Assembly (NCBI GenBank): GCA_038139415.1
Contig: JAYOSV010000002.1
Coordinates: forward strand, 79,926 to 143,925
DNA from: Verrucomicrobiales bacterium
Lineage (GTDB): Bacteria > Verrucomicrobiota > Verrucomicrobiia > Limisphaerales > UBA1100
Direction of reading: 5' to 3'
DNA: 64,000 nt
The position numbers and the translations under genes were made by a program. Positions 7,718 through 17,398 of this stretch are shown here, in pieces; position 1 is the first letter of the stretch, and every line of letters starts with the position of its first letter. The notes beneath the pieces are model-generated. The model had not been told where the DNA came from. It ran no database searches and was given only the letters and a program-made list of their open reading frames with translations.

Positions 7718-8323
7718 ATGAAGATCGTTTTTCATCTGCTGATTTTTTCGTTGATGGCACTGTCCGTCGCCGCGCAACCGGCGGTGCCGCCCAAACAGGA
7801 ATCGCCCGCTCAAATCGCCGCGCGTCAGGCGTTCGAGGCGGCCAAGACCGCAGCGGAGGCAGGAGATGCCGTGAAGCTGCGTGAACTGGCTGATTTGTAT
7901 TATGCCGGTAAGGGCGTGGCCAAAAATCTGGGCGAGGCTTACAAACAATATCTTGCCTCAGCGGAAAAGGGTGACGTGTTGTCCGAAGCCACTGTCGGGT
8001 GGATGCTACGCAATGGGCAGGGCGTGACGCGTGATTATAAGAAGTGCCTGGAGTGGTACACCAAGGCCGCCGACAAGGGTCATGTGGAATCACAGCTGGG
8101 AGTGGCCGAGCTCTATTACAATTCCGTCGGTTTGCCGAAACGCGATTATGCCACAGCCTATCAGTGGTACCTCATCGCCTCCGGTTTGGGTAGCAAAGAG
8201 GCCAAAGCCTTTATCCTGCGCATGGAACAGGCCGTGCTCAAGGAGCCCAACGTCAACGTCGAGCAAAAGGCTGCGGCTGAAAAGGCGGCGCAGGATTGGT
8301 TGGCGGCTTACGGAAAGAAATAG
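7718..8323 (+). CDS. Exported Sel1-like repeat protein
   Basis: Signal peptide; LADLYYAGKGVAKN and GQGVTRDYKKCLEWYTKAADKG repeats. Confidence 0.85.
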   Translation: MKIVFHLLIFSLMALSVAAQPAVPPKQESPAQIAARQAFEAAKTAAEAGDAVKLRELADLYYAGKGVAKNLGEAYKQYLASAEKGDVLSEATVGWMLRNGQGVTRDYKKCLEWYTKAADKGHVESQLGVAELYYNSVGLPKRDYATAYQWYLIASGLGSKEAKAFILRMEQAVLKEPNVNVEQKAAAEKAAQDWLAAYGKK

Positions 8324-8447
8324 TCTTTTCCTTACTCGAAACTTCATCAGGTTCCCGATTGTTCACGGGTGTGAATATCCTGTGGAAATCGAAGAATAAC
8401 TTACTCTCTCGCTCTTTGCTTTGTGTGTTATCTTATTAATGTTGGTT

Positions 8448-8645
8448 GCACCTTCGGGCGCCACTGACAGGGTCGGAAGACTCGGGAATACAGGCCTTCG
8501 GGCAGGTGTTCTGATTCAAAGGTTTCTTCTGAAACACTTGAATGAGCCCCCGATCCACCCGCCTCCACCCGAGGCATCCTGAAGGGCAGGTTGCAAAACC
8601 GGTTCGGATGGAATTTGATCGTCTGGGAAGTGGTCTTCGGACCAC
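8448..8645 (+). ncRNA. Structured non-coding RNA, candidate 6S RNA
   Basis: Three C(TTCG)G tetraloop hairpins, long-range end-to-end pairing, central ATTCAA..GTTTC/GAAAC..TTGAAT hairpin, AT-rich promoter region upstream and terminator downstream. Confidence 0.55.
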
Positions 8646-8665
8646 CGCCTGGGCGGTCTTTTTTT
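8644..8665 (+). terminator. Intrinsic terminator of the putative ncRNA
   Basis: ACCGC-CTGG-GCGGT followed by C and T7. Confidence 0.6.
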
Positions 8666-8706
8666 GGCCTTCAATCTTTTCGGGACGGCTTGATTAAAAC
8701 AGACAC

Positions 8707-8740
8707 AAAAAAAAGGCGCCGTGGGGCGCCTTGAGTTTTT
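8707..8740 (-). terminator. Intrinsic terminator
   Basis: AAGGCGCC-GTGG-GGCGCCTT hairpin with an A-run on the left, downstream of the minus-strand Hyi-like gene. Confidence 0.75.
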
Positions 8741-8755
8741 TGTGGGGACAGGGGT

Positions 8756-9679
8756 TTACACGTCACAGAGTTCAACCGCCTCGATCAGGCCTTTCATAGG
8801 GTCGCCGGTGGGGATGAATTCCTGGCCGACGTGGCCTTTGTAGCCGATGTCCAACAGCTTGCGCATGATGGGCGGATAATTGATTTCCTGGGTGTCGTCC
8901 AGCTCCTTGCGGCCGGGGTTGCCGGCGGTGTGGATGTGGCCGATCACATCCTTACATTGTTCCAACCGGCGGATCACGTCGCCGTCCATGATTTGCACGT
9001 GATAGATATCGAACAACACCTTCATGTTCGGTGAACCCACCGCGCGGGCGATGTCGCACACGTAATCGATCTTGTCGCCCTGGTAACCGGGGTGCCCTTT
9101 CATGGGGTGAGAATCGTCGCGCGTGTTGAGGTGCTCGATGCAGATGGTCACGCCTTTTTTCTCGGCGTAGCCGATAATTTTCTTCAGACCCTTCACGCAG
9201 TTTTTAGCGCCTTGCTCGGCGGAGATTTCGCCGCTTTGCGGGTCTTCGGCCTTCTTCCATTTGTAACCGTTAAACGCGATTACGTTTTTCACGCCAAACT
9301 GGGCGCAGGCATCAATCGTCTCCTTGGTGGCCTTGATCACCATGTCGTGGTAATCGGGGTTGTTGAACCCGCGCATGAAGGGCGGGCCTTCCACGCCGTT
9401 AGATGCGATGGCGCAGGTGAGGCCGTGTTTCTTGAGCACGGGCCAGTCATTGGGGGAAACCAACTCCACGCTCTTGCAGCCAAGATCGGCCGCTGCCTTG
9501 GCGGTATCCTCAATCTTCCAGCCGCGCTCGCCCCAGCACCAGTGCACCACGGACTGATTAATGCGGCCTTTTTGCACGCCGCGCTTGGGTTTGGCGGCGT
9601 GGGCGGTGAGGGCGGCGGTGACGGCAGCGCCACCGGCCAGTTTCATCAGATTACGACGGGAGAGGGGTTGATCTTTCAT
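8756..9679 (-). CDS. Tat-exported hydroxypyruvate isomerase-like TIM-barrel protein
   Basis: SRRNLMK Tat motif; EHLN, FDIYHVQI, GHIHTAGNPGR and GQEF. Confidence 0.85.
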   Translation of the reverse strand: MKDQPLSRRNLMKLAGGAAVTAALTAHAAKPKRGVQKGRINQSVVHWCWGERGWKIEDTAKAAADLGCKSVELVSPNDWPVLKKHGLTCAIASNGVEGPPFMRGFNNPDYHDMVIKATKETIDACAQFGVKNVIAFNGYKWKKAEDPQSGEISAEQGAKNCVKGLKKIIGYAEKKGVTICIEHLNTRDDSHPMKGHPGYQGDKIDYVCDIARAVGSPNMKVLFDIYHVQIMDGDVIRRLEQCKDVIGHIHTAGNPGRKELDDTQEINYPPIMRKLLDIGYKGHVGQEFIPTGDPMKGLIEAVELCDV

Positions 9680-9781
9680 GAGTCAATTGGTTCACCCGAT
9701 TCAATCGGCATTCCCCGTGGGAAGCCAGAAGAAAACACTTTTTTCCCTTCCGCCCGGGCCGCCAGTCCGTAAGCTTTTGAT

Positions 9782-10468
9782 ATGCCCGATCACGATGCGA
9801 TTATGGAGGCGAAGCTGAAGATGATTGATGAGACGCACCGGTTTGTGCCGAAACGGTCGGCGTTGTTGATCATCGATATGCAGCACGGGTTTGTGGATGA
9901 AGGCGCTTCGCTTGAGGTGGCGGCGGCGCGCGATCTCATTCCGAACATGCAAAGCCTCATCGCCGCCTTCCGAGCGGCAGAAGCGCCCGTGGTGTTCACC
10001 GAGTTTGTGTATGCGGACAATGTGCCGTGTCTCCGGGGCGATCCTTTTGGCATTGAACATCTGGAGGCTGAGGGCTCGCCAGGATTTGGTAGTAAATCCA
10101 GCAATTGCCTCGTCGGGCATAATGCTGGCACGGGCGTGGAATCGGCCGATACCGTTCCCGCGCTACAACCGCGGCCGGAAGAGCTGATCATTCGCGGACA
10201 TACGTACGATAAATTCTACGGTACACCGCTGGACCTCGCATTACGCAGTCAGGACATTTCGCATCTGTTCCTCACCGGCATTACTACAGATGTGTGTGTG
10301 AACTCCACGCTAATCGCTGCCACCCAGCGCAACTACCGCGTCACCGCCATAACAGATGCGTGTGCCTCGCCCTGGCCGGAGCTGCATGAGGCGTGCTTTA
10401 AAATTTGGCAACCCAAGTTCGCCCGCTTGAAACTTACGGCGGCCGTGCTCGACGAAATTTCCTTATGA
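9782..10468 (+). CDS. Isochorismatase-family cysteine hydrolase
   Basis: ALLIIDMQ, GITTDVCVNST and DAC motifs. Confidence 0.88.
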   Translation: MPDHDAIMEAKLKMIDETHRFVPKRSALLIIDMQHGFVDEGASLEVAAARDLIPNMQSLIAAFRAAEAPVVFTEFVYADNVPCLRGDPFGIEHLEAEGSPGFGSKSSNCLVGHNAGTGVESADTVPALQPRPEELIIRGHTYDKFYGTPLDLALRSQDISHLFLTGITTDVCVNSTLIAATQRNYRVTAITDACASPWPELHEACFKIWQPKFARLKLTAAVLDEISL

Positions 10469-10481
10469 TAGTACACCCATT

Positions 10482-10767
10482 ATGAAACGCATCCTGATCC
10501 TCCTGTGCACGCTGGCTTGGCGACATTGACTGTCGCCGAGGAGCCGCGCGTTTTTCCTCAAGTACAACAGCCCGATGATATCCGACTGAAACCACTCAAG
10601 GATTTAAACGGCCATTTCTCCTTTGCCGTGCCCAAAACGCTGGAGGTATGAAAGCAGCGTAAGGCGCCGTCGGCGTCGGCCACACCAAAGGGGTTGATCT
10701 CAAGGTAGGCGATCAGTTAGAGGCGAGTATCGAAGGAACCGGGAGGTTGAAGAATGGTGTCCGGCGA
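10482..10767 (+). pseudogene. Fused remnants: N-terminus of an exported hydrolase-like gene and C-terminus of a fumarylacetoacetate-hydrolase-family gene
   Basis: MKRILILLCTL, frameshift, ...DDIRLKPLKDLNGHFSFAVPKTLEV*KQR; then in another frame GVGHTKGVDLKVGDQLEASIEGTGRLKNGV. Confidence 0.6.
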
Positions 10768-11892
10768 TTAAAACAAAATCACCTGTCGCGCCACCTCGCC
10801 TTTGTGTAGGCGATCAAAGCCGGTGTTGATATCCTCCAGCGAAATGGTGTCAGTGAGCAATTGGTCCACGGGTAATTGGCCAGCGTAAAACATATCTATG
10901 AATTTTGGAATATCTCGCGTAGGGACGCAACTGCCTTGGTAGGATCCTTTAACTGTTTTTTCCATCGCGCTGAGCGTCACAGCCGGAATACTAAATTGAT
11001 GATCGGGATGCGGTAGACCGATGGCAACGGTGGTGCCGCCGCGCATTGTAGATTCGTAGGCCTGCGCGAGTACAGTGGCGTTCCCCACGCTTTCAATGGC
11101 AATTTCCACGCCGCCATGGGTGAGGTCCTGAATGACTTCCACCGGATTATTTTCCCTAGCATTTACAGTGTGAGTGGCGCCGAGGTTGCGGGCCATCTGG
11201 AGTTTGGGATCGAGCAAATCCACTGCAATGATTTGGCCGGCGTTGCAGGCCTTGGCTCCGATCAATGCCGCGAGCCCCACGCCGCCCAAGCCGAATACCG
11301 CGACACTCTGACCGGGTCGGATGTTGGCCGTGTTCATCGCCGCACCCGTGCCCGTCATGACCGCGCAGCCAAACAGCGTGGCGTGCTCAAAGGGCAAGGT
11401 GGAATCGATCTTCACCAGTGAGCCGGGCAGGGCGATGGTGTATTGCGAGTAGCCGCTCACGCCGCAGTGATGGAAATAGGGTTGGCCATTGCTACTGAAG
11501 CGTTGCGCGCCGTTCATCAGTACGCCGGCATTGTTGGCCTCAGCGCCGGGTTCGCACAGGGAGGGTTTGCCTACCGTGCAATACCGGCAATGACCGCAGC
11601 TGGGGATGAAGGTGAAAATCACATGATCATCGGCCTTAAGTCCGCGCACGCCGGGCCCCACTTCGCGAACGATGCCGCTGGCTTCGTGGCCGAGCACCAT
11701 TGGCATTTGGCGTGCCCGCGAGCCATTGATCACAGAGAGATCCGAATGACACAAGCCGGCGCCTTTTACCTCCACCAGCACCTCGCCTTCGCCGGGTCCA
11801 TCAAGATCGATTTCCTCAATGACCATCGGCTGGGAGTCCGCATAAGGCAGCGGGCGTCCCATCTCATGTAAGACAGCAGCGGTGGTTTTCAT
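10768..11892 (-). CDS. Zinc-dependent alcohol dehydrogenase (MDR family)
   Basis: CHSD, GHE, CGHCRYC...C structural zinc site and GLGGVG. Confidence 0.92.
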   Translation of the reverse strand: MKTTAAVLHEMGRPLPYADSQPMVIEEIDLDGPGEGEVLVEVKGAGLCHSDLSVINGSRARQMPMVLGHEASGIVREVGPGVRGLKADDHVIFTFIPSCGHCRYCTVGKPSLCEPGAEANNAGVLMNGAQRFSSNGQPYFHHCGVSGYSQYTIALPGSLVKIDSTLPFEHATLFGCAVMTGTGAAMNTANIRPGQSVAVFGLGGVGLAALIGAKACNAGQIIAVDLLDPKLQMARNLGATHTVNARENNPVEVIQDLTHGGVEIAIESVGNATVLAQAYESTMRGGTTVAIGLPHPDHQFSIPAVTLSAMEKTVKGSYQGSCVPTRDIPKFIDMFYAGQLPVDQLLTDTISLEDINTGFDRLHKGEVARQVILF

Positions 11893-11959
11893 GCGGTGCA
11901 GCATTGGCGAATCGCTGTCGGATTGCAATCATACAGGAAATAGGTGACTATTCTGAGAC

Positions 11960-12853
11960 ATGCTGAAACGCCCTTCATTTTCAGGTTTTACTCTAGTGGA
12001 GCTTTTGGTGGTGGTGGCGATTATTGGATTGCTCGCGGGCATGCTGCTGCCCTCCTTAGCCAAAGCCAAGGTGAAAGCAAATCGCATGAAATGCGGCAAC
12101 AATCTCAAACAGGTTCATTTAGCGTTTACGCTTTTCGCCGATGATTACGATGGTCGGCTGCCGTGGTTGTTGACTAATCGCCAAGGTGAACGGTTGTGGC
12201 AAAGCTTGTATGGCACGGGCCATACGGGTGCGCATCATTTGTGGGATGTGCAGTTCCTTTTTTTGCCGGCCCCAATCCGTGAGGAACTGGGTACGGCCAG
12301 GTTATTGGCATCGCCGGTGGACCCAGAAACGCATCCGTGGATTGATAAGGAAATCGAGCACGGAAAATGGGGCGGCTTTGGGCATGCTTTTGATGGGGTG
12401 CACGTCCATATGGATTATCGGTCGCTCAGTTATGCTTTGCATTTGGGAAGTGATATGCAGCGTCCTTCAACGCTTTTGGCGGTTACTCGCAATGTTGCCG
12501 GCGAAAACTGTTATGAATTTGATTATCCGGCTGGAACCGAGACCCCTTCTTATCAGAAGTATCTGGGCATGGCGTTGCGCTCCGGCAACGCCGGACAGGC
12601 GAGTCATGCTTTTGTGGGGAATGATGAAGTTGATCCAGTGCGTTTGCAGAATTATGCCACGGCCGGGCTCGGTGCCAGTCAGGGACAGTTTGTGCGTGCC
12701 GATGGCAGTGTGAAGCTGGGTAATAATGCGGATTTGGCCTCAGTCGTGCACGCGCACGGGGCGGCGACGGGAGGGATGTTTAAAGGCATCAACGAAAACC
12801 TGACCCGCCCCACGCAGGAGGTTATTCCGCCAAATCTTCTTTGGATCAAATAA
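11960..12853 (+). CDS. Prepilin-type N-terminal cleavage/methylation domain protein
   Basis: [27 protein letters not shown]....R..C.NNLKQ; C-terminal ADGSV. Confidence 0.88.
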   Translation: MLKRPSFSGFTLVELLVVVAIIGLLAGMLLPSLAKAKVKANRMKCGNNLKQVHLAFTLFADDYDGRLPWLLTNRQGERLWQSLYGTGHTGAHHLWDVQFLFLPAPIREELGTARLLASPVDPETHPWIDKEIEHGKWGGFGHAFDGVHVHMDYRSLSYALHLGSDMQRPSTLLAVTRNVAGENCYEFDYPAGTETPSYQKYLGMALRSGNAGQASHAFVGNDEVDPVRLQNYATAGLGASQGQFVRADGSVKLGNNADLASVVHAHGAATGGMFKGINENLTRPTQEVIPPNLLWIK

Positions 12854-13732
12854 TCATTTCACCCACTCCGTGCGTTTGAGCCAGGCTTCCACTAGTTTGG
12901 GCCATTTGGAAACGGGATCGGCGGAGGGGCGCAGACCGTAACCGTGGCCGCCGTGGGGGAAGATGTGCAGCTCGGAATGAACGCCGGCACGGCGCATGGC
13001 CAGCCACATTTGCACGCTGCTGTCGGCGGTCACCCGGTCATCGCCGGCATGGATGAATATGGCGGGCGGCGTGTCCTTGTCCACCGGCACCTCGGGTACG
13101 AGTTTGGTTTTTGTTTCATTATCTACGAGATAGGCTGGGTATACTAGGATGCCGAAATCCGGTCGGCAACTGTAGTGGCAGGCTTCATCTACGACGGGGT
13201 AAGTTCGTTTCCTCCAACTGGTTATTGCTGTGGCCGTTAAATGGCCGCCTGCGGAAAAGCCCAGAATTCCTATGCGTTCGGGATTGATGTCCCATGCCTT
13301 GGCATGATGGCGCGTTAAGGCCAAGGCGCGTTGGGCATCCTGCAACGGCGCAGCGTGTTTCTCACGGTCCTTGCGGCGAGGTACTCGGTACTTTAACACA
13401 ATCGCCGTCACGCCAATGCCGTTCAACCATTCGGCGACTTCCGTGCCTTCCAGGTTCCAAGCCAAGATGTTGTAGCCGCCGCCCGGGCAAATCACCACGG
13501 CCGTGCCATTGGGGTTCTTGGGTTTGAATACTGACAGCATGGGGGTGCTGACATTGCCGATCCGGATGACCTGTTTTTGGCCGGGACGCGCCGGTTGTTC
13601 GGCTTCCGCCGGGAGTTCATACGTTTCCCCTGGAGCTTTGCCGGGCCAGAGATTCATGGATTTCCACGCCTCAATTGCGTGAGCCGGTGTGAGGAACTGG
13701 AACAGGATGACCGTAATCAGTAGCAAGCGCAT
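12854..13732 (-). CDS. Exported alpha/beta hydrolase (carbohydrate esterase-like)
   Basis: Signal peptide; CPGGGY, GFSAGG nucleophile elbow and GGHGYG. Confidence 0.88.
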   Translation of the reverse strand: MRLLLITVILFQFLTPAHAIEAWKSMNLWPGKAPGETYELPAEAEQPARPGQKQVIRIGNVSTPMLSVFKPKNPNGTAVVICPGGGYNILAWNLEGTEVAEWLNGIGVTAIVLKYRVPRRKDREKHAAPLQDAQRALALTRHHAKAWDINPERIGILGFSAGGHLTATAITSWRKRTYPVVDEACHYSCRPDFGILVYPAYLVDNETKTKLVPEVPVDKDTPPAIFIHAGDDRVTADSSVQMWLAMRRAGVHSELHIFPHGGHGYGLRPSADPVSKWPKLVEAWLKRTEWVK

Positions 13733-13819
13733 GCCGCGAGTGTGCGCGAAACCGGTTTGTGAGCAAGGCGAAATGAATTGGGGATTGAGGCGGCCGAGCA
13801 ATCCGCGCACACTCTTCGC

Positions 13820-14848
13820 ATGACACGTTTTGGCATCATTGGCCTTTCGCACGATCACATTTGGGATGTGCTTCCGGAGCTAAAGGAAAACGAACAAGCC
13901 GAGCTGGTTGCCGCCTGCAGCCTACAGCGCCCGCTTCTGGATCGTGCAGCCAAGGAGTATGGCGTTCAGATTTATACCGACTCGCAGGAGATGGCTGCCT
14001 CCGAGCAGCTTGATGCGGTTCTCATCTACGGAAACAATCGGTCCGGCGCAGAGGAAGGTAAAAAGGCCCTCGAACGCGGTTGGCATGTATTGATCGAAAA
14101 ACCGTTGGCCGCTGATCTGGCCGGCGCAGACGAATTATTGCAGGCCGCCGATACCACCGGCAAACGGTTGATGGTGAACTGGCCCATCGCTTGGTGGCCG
14201 CAGGTGCAGCACGCTCTGGCGCTCGCGCAAAGCGGCGAGATCGGTGAGGTGTGGCAGGTGCGCTACCGTGCCGCGCATCAGGGGCCCAAGGAGATGGGCG
14301 CCAGCGAACATTTCTGTGATTGGCTATATGACCCCAATCGCAATGGCGGCGGTGCGCTGCTGGATTACTGCTGCTACGGCGCTGTACTGTCACGCGTGCT
14401 GCTCGGGCGCCCGCGCAGTGTCACCGCTGTCGCGGGGCAATTGCTTAAAACCGATCTAGATGCGGAGGATAACGCCGTGCTGCTGATGCAATATCCCAAG
14501 GCCATTTGCATCGCCGAAGCGAGCTGGACGCAGATTGATAAGATGACTCACTATCGCACCATCATTTATGGTAGCGAAGGAACGCTGCTGGCCGAGCCGG
14601 AAAACGGCCGCCTGTTGAAGGCCACACAGGAGCAACCCGAAGGCTTTGAGATTGAAGTGCCGGAGCTGGCTGCACATCAACGCCAACCCATCGCCCATTT
14701 TCTGCATGGCATCGAAACCGACGAAGCCTTTCATCCCCTTTGCCGCGCCGGACATTGCCGGGATGCGCAGGAGATCCTGTCGATTGGCGCGCAAGCCGCC
14801 GAAAGTGGCCAGCAAATTGAGCTGCCGCAACTGAAGGAGATGGACTAG
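13820..14848 (+). CDS. Gfo/Idh/MocA family oxidoreductase
   Basis: HVLIEKP and GGGALLDYCCY. Confidence 0.88.
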   Translation: MTRFGIIGLSHDHIWDVLPELKENEQAELVAACSLQRPLLDRAAKEYGVQIYTDSQEMAASEQLDAVLIYGNNRSGAEEGKKALERGWHVLIEKPLAADLAGADELLQAADTTGKRLMVNWPIAWWPQVQHALALAQSGEIGEVWQVRYRAAHQGPKEMGASEHFCDWLYDPNRNGGGALLDYCCYGAVLSRVLLGRPRSVTAVAGQLLKTDLDAEDNAVLLMQYPKAICIAEASWTQIDKMTHYRTIIYGSEGTLLAEPENGRLLKATQEQPEGFEIEVPELAAHQRQPIAHFLHGIETDEAFHPLCRAGHCRDAQEILSIGAQAAESGQQIELPQLKEMD

Positions 14849-15840
14849 TGCAGGCGGCTTACATTACCGAGACCGGCGGGCCGGAGCGGATCCAAGTGGA
14901 CGAACTGCCCAACCCCAAACCTGGGGCCGGTGAAGTGTTGGTGCGCGTCCAAGCCGCTTCGGTGAATCCGATTGATACCTACATCCGCGGCGGCCTAGTG
15001 GTGATGGAGCTGCCGATGCCGTTTGTGATTGGCAGCGATTTGGCGGGGGAAGTGGTTAAGGTTGGCGAAGGCGTCTCGGGTTGGACTGCAGGCGATCGTG
15101 TCTGGGCGAGCAACCAAGGGTTGCTTGGCCGGCAGGGCACTTCAGCAGAGCTGGCCTGTGTGGCGGCGGATTATTTACATGCCATTCCTGAGAACGTGAG
15201 CGCGGAGGATGCGGCGGCCGTGGCCTTGGTAGGTATCACTGCGCATATCGGTATGGTTCTGCGTGCCAAAGTGCGAGCTGGCGAAACAGTGCTGGTGAAT
15301 GGCGGCGCAGGCGGCGTGGGCTCAATGGTCGTGCAGATCGGTAAGGCACTAGGTGCGCGAGTGATCGCCACGGCCGGTAGTGACGATCGGGCAGCGAAAG
15401 CCAAAAAATTGGGCGCCGACGAAGTGATTCAGTACAACACCGAGGACGTAACCGCCCGAGTGCAAGCCTTGGCACCTGACGGGGTGAATGTGCTTTGGGA
15501 AACGCGACGGGAAGCGGATTTCGAATGGGCCGTAACGTTGCTGGCCAAGCGGGGTCGGATGGTGGTGATGGCTGGACGCGAGGCGCGGTCCGTGTTTCCG
15601 GTCGGGCCGTTTTACGTGAAGGACTGCGAACTGCATGGGTTTGCGATGTTCAATTATTCTGCCGCCGAGCAACGGCAATGCGGTGAGGATCTCAATCGCT
15701 GGCTGGCCGAGGGTAAGCTGCGGGCGAATATTGATCGGACCCTGCCGCTGGCCGAAGCGGCGGTGGCCCATCGGTTGCAGGAGGAAAACACCATTCACGG
15801 CGCCGGCACCTTGGCCGGTAAAATAATTTTAAAACTCTGA
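14848..15840 (+). CDS. NADPH:quinone reductase (zeta-crystallin family)
   Basis: VNPIDTY, GSDLAG, GGAGGVG and GKIIL. Confidence 0.88.
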   Translation: MQAAYITETGGPERIQVDELPNPKPGAGEVLVRVQAASVNPIDTYIRGGLVVMELPMPFVIGSDLAGEVVKVGEGVSGWTAGDRVWASNQGLLGRQGTSAELACVAADYLHAIPENVSAEDAAAVALVGITAHIGMVLRAKVRAGETVLVNGGAGGVGSMVVQIGKALGARVIATAGSDDRAAKAKKLGADEVIQYNTEDVTARVQALAPDGVNVLWETRREADFEWAVTLLAKRGRMVVMAGREARSVFPVGPFYVKDCELHGFAMFNYSAAEQRQCGEDLNRWLAEGKLRANIDRTLPLAEAAVAHRLQEENTIHGAGTLAGKIILKL

Positions 15841-15844
15841 ACTT

Positions 15845-17395
15845 ATGAAACGGATTGTTTGGTTATGGGTACTGCTGTGTGCAGTGCTATCGAGTGACGC
15901 GGCGGGATTTAAACTGCCGCCGACAAAGGATGGGGAGCCGCGGAACATTATCTTCATTCTGACGGATGATCATCGCTTTGATGCGATGGGGTTCGTGGGG
16001 CATCCGTTTTTGGAGACGCCGCATCTGGACGCGATGGCCAAAGGCGGGGCTCATTTTACGAATGCGTTCGTCACCACCTCGCTATGTTCGCCCAGTCGCG
16101 CCAGCATTCTCACCGGTAAATACGCGCACAACCACGGGGTGGTAGATAACTACAATCCACTGCCTAAAGGGCTCGTGTACTTTCCACAATATCTGCAAGC
16201 CAATGGATATAACACAGCGTTTATTGGCAAATGGCATATGGGCGGTAACATTGATCATCGGCAACCGGGGTTTGATCATTGGGTAAGTTTCAAAGGGCAG
16301 GGCACGTATTGGGCCGATGGCCGCGGCACGAGCCGTAAGGTGCCCCAGAACAGCTACGACGGATACAACGTCAACGGCACGCGCGGCCCGCAGACGGGGA
16401 ACATCACGGATGAGTGGACCGAGTATTCGCTGGATTGGCTCAAGGAACGTGAAGACAAGCGGCCGTTCTTCCTGATGATTTCCCACAAGGCTGTGCACGC
16501 CGATTTCGTGGCGGCCGATCGCCATCTCGGGCGGTACAAGGATAAGCGCATGCCCTTGCCCAAGACCTTTGCTAATACCAAGGCTAACTACGCCGACAAA
16601 CCGATGTGGTTGAAGAACCAACGCAACAGTCGGCACGGTGTGGATTTTGCCTACAACCTGCCGGACTTTGATCTGAACAATTATTACCTTCGTTACTGCG
16701 AAACTTTATTGGCGGTAGATGATCATGTGGGTTCCGTGATGGGGCATCTGAAAAAAAGCGGCGAGTTGGAACGCACGCTGGTGGTGTACATGGGCGACAA
16801 CGGTTTTCAGTTTGGCGAACATGGCTTGATCGATAAACGCACGGCCTACGAACATTCCATGCGCGTGCCGCTGCTGATGCATTGCCCAGAAGTAATCCGA
16901 GCCGGCAGCACGATGAAAAAGGTGGTGGCAAACATCGATATTGGGCCAACGCTGATCGAGGCGGCCGGATTGCGCCCGCCAAAGGGGCAGTTCGATGGCA
17001 GTAGCTTTTGGCCCATCGCCATGGGACGGGGTGTGCCGTGGCGGGATTATGTGTTGTATGAATATTTTTGGGAACGCAACTACCCGCACACCCCAACCAT
17101 CCACGCTGTGCGCGGGGAGCGTTACAAATATATCCGCTACCACGGTCTGTGGGATGTGAACGAACTCTACGATCTACAGGCGGATCCCGATGAAACAAAA
17201 AACCTGATCTTCAGCAAAGCCCACGCACCGGTGGTGGAACGCCTGAATAAGCGTTTGTTTGAACTACTGAAAGAATCCAGTGGTCTCAGCCTGCGCCTGG
17301 CCCCGGATCGTGGCCCGACCTTTCCTCTGCGACACCCCGAGCGTTCCCGCCCAGCGGATTTCCCCAGGGAATATTACGGCACTAGAGAAAAGTAA
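15845..17395 (+). CDS. Exported sulfatase
   Basis: TDDHR, formylglycine motif CSPSRASILTG, GKWH and DNG. Confidence 0.92.
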   Translation: MKRIVWLWVLLCAVLSSDAAGFKLPPTKDGEPRNIIFILTDDHRFDAMGFVGHPFLETPHLDAMAKGGAHFTNAFVTTSLCSPSRASILTGKYAHNHGVVDNYNPLPKGLVYFPQYLQANGYNTAFIGKWHMGGNIDHRQPGFDHWVSFKGQGTYWADGRGTSRKVPQNSYDGYNVNGTRGPQTGNITDEWTEYSLDWLKEREDKRPFFLMISHKAVHADFVAADRHLGRYKDKRMPLPKTFANTKANYADKPMWLKNQRNSRHGVDFAYNLPDFDLNNYYLRYCETLLAVDDHVGSVMGHLKKSGELERTLVVYMGDNGFQFGEHGLIDKRTAYEHSMRVPLLMHCPEVIRAGSTMKKVVANIDIGPTLIEAAGLRPPKGQFDGSSFWPIAMGRGVPWRDYVLYEYFWERNYPHTPTIHAVRGERYKYIRYHGLWDVNELYDLQADPDETKNLIFSKAHAPVVERLNKRLFELLKESSGLSLRLAPDRGPTFPLRHPERSRPADFPREYYGTREK

Positions 17396-17398
17396 CCG

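Noticed and set aside
8355..8445. Possible oriC: degenerate DnaA-box-like words (TGTGAATAT, TGTGGAAAT) next to an AT-rich patch, about 8 kb from parB
   Set aside because: No perfect TTATCCACA box, the region is short, and the AT-rich patch is explained by the ncRNA promoter. A genome-wide GC-skew analysis would be needed.
8459..8485. Cobalamin riboswitch (GCCACTG…GGAAG)
   Set aside because: Other B12-element motifs were not found and the downstream gene is on the opposite strand.
10648..10650. TGA recoding (Trp or Sec)
   Set aside because: It lies in a frameshifted remnant, and TGA ends many intact genes in this window.
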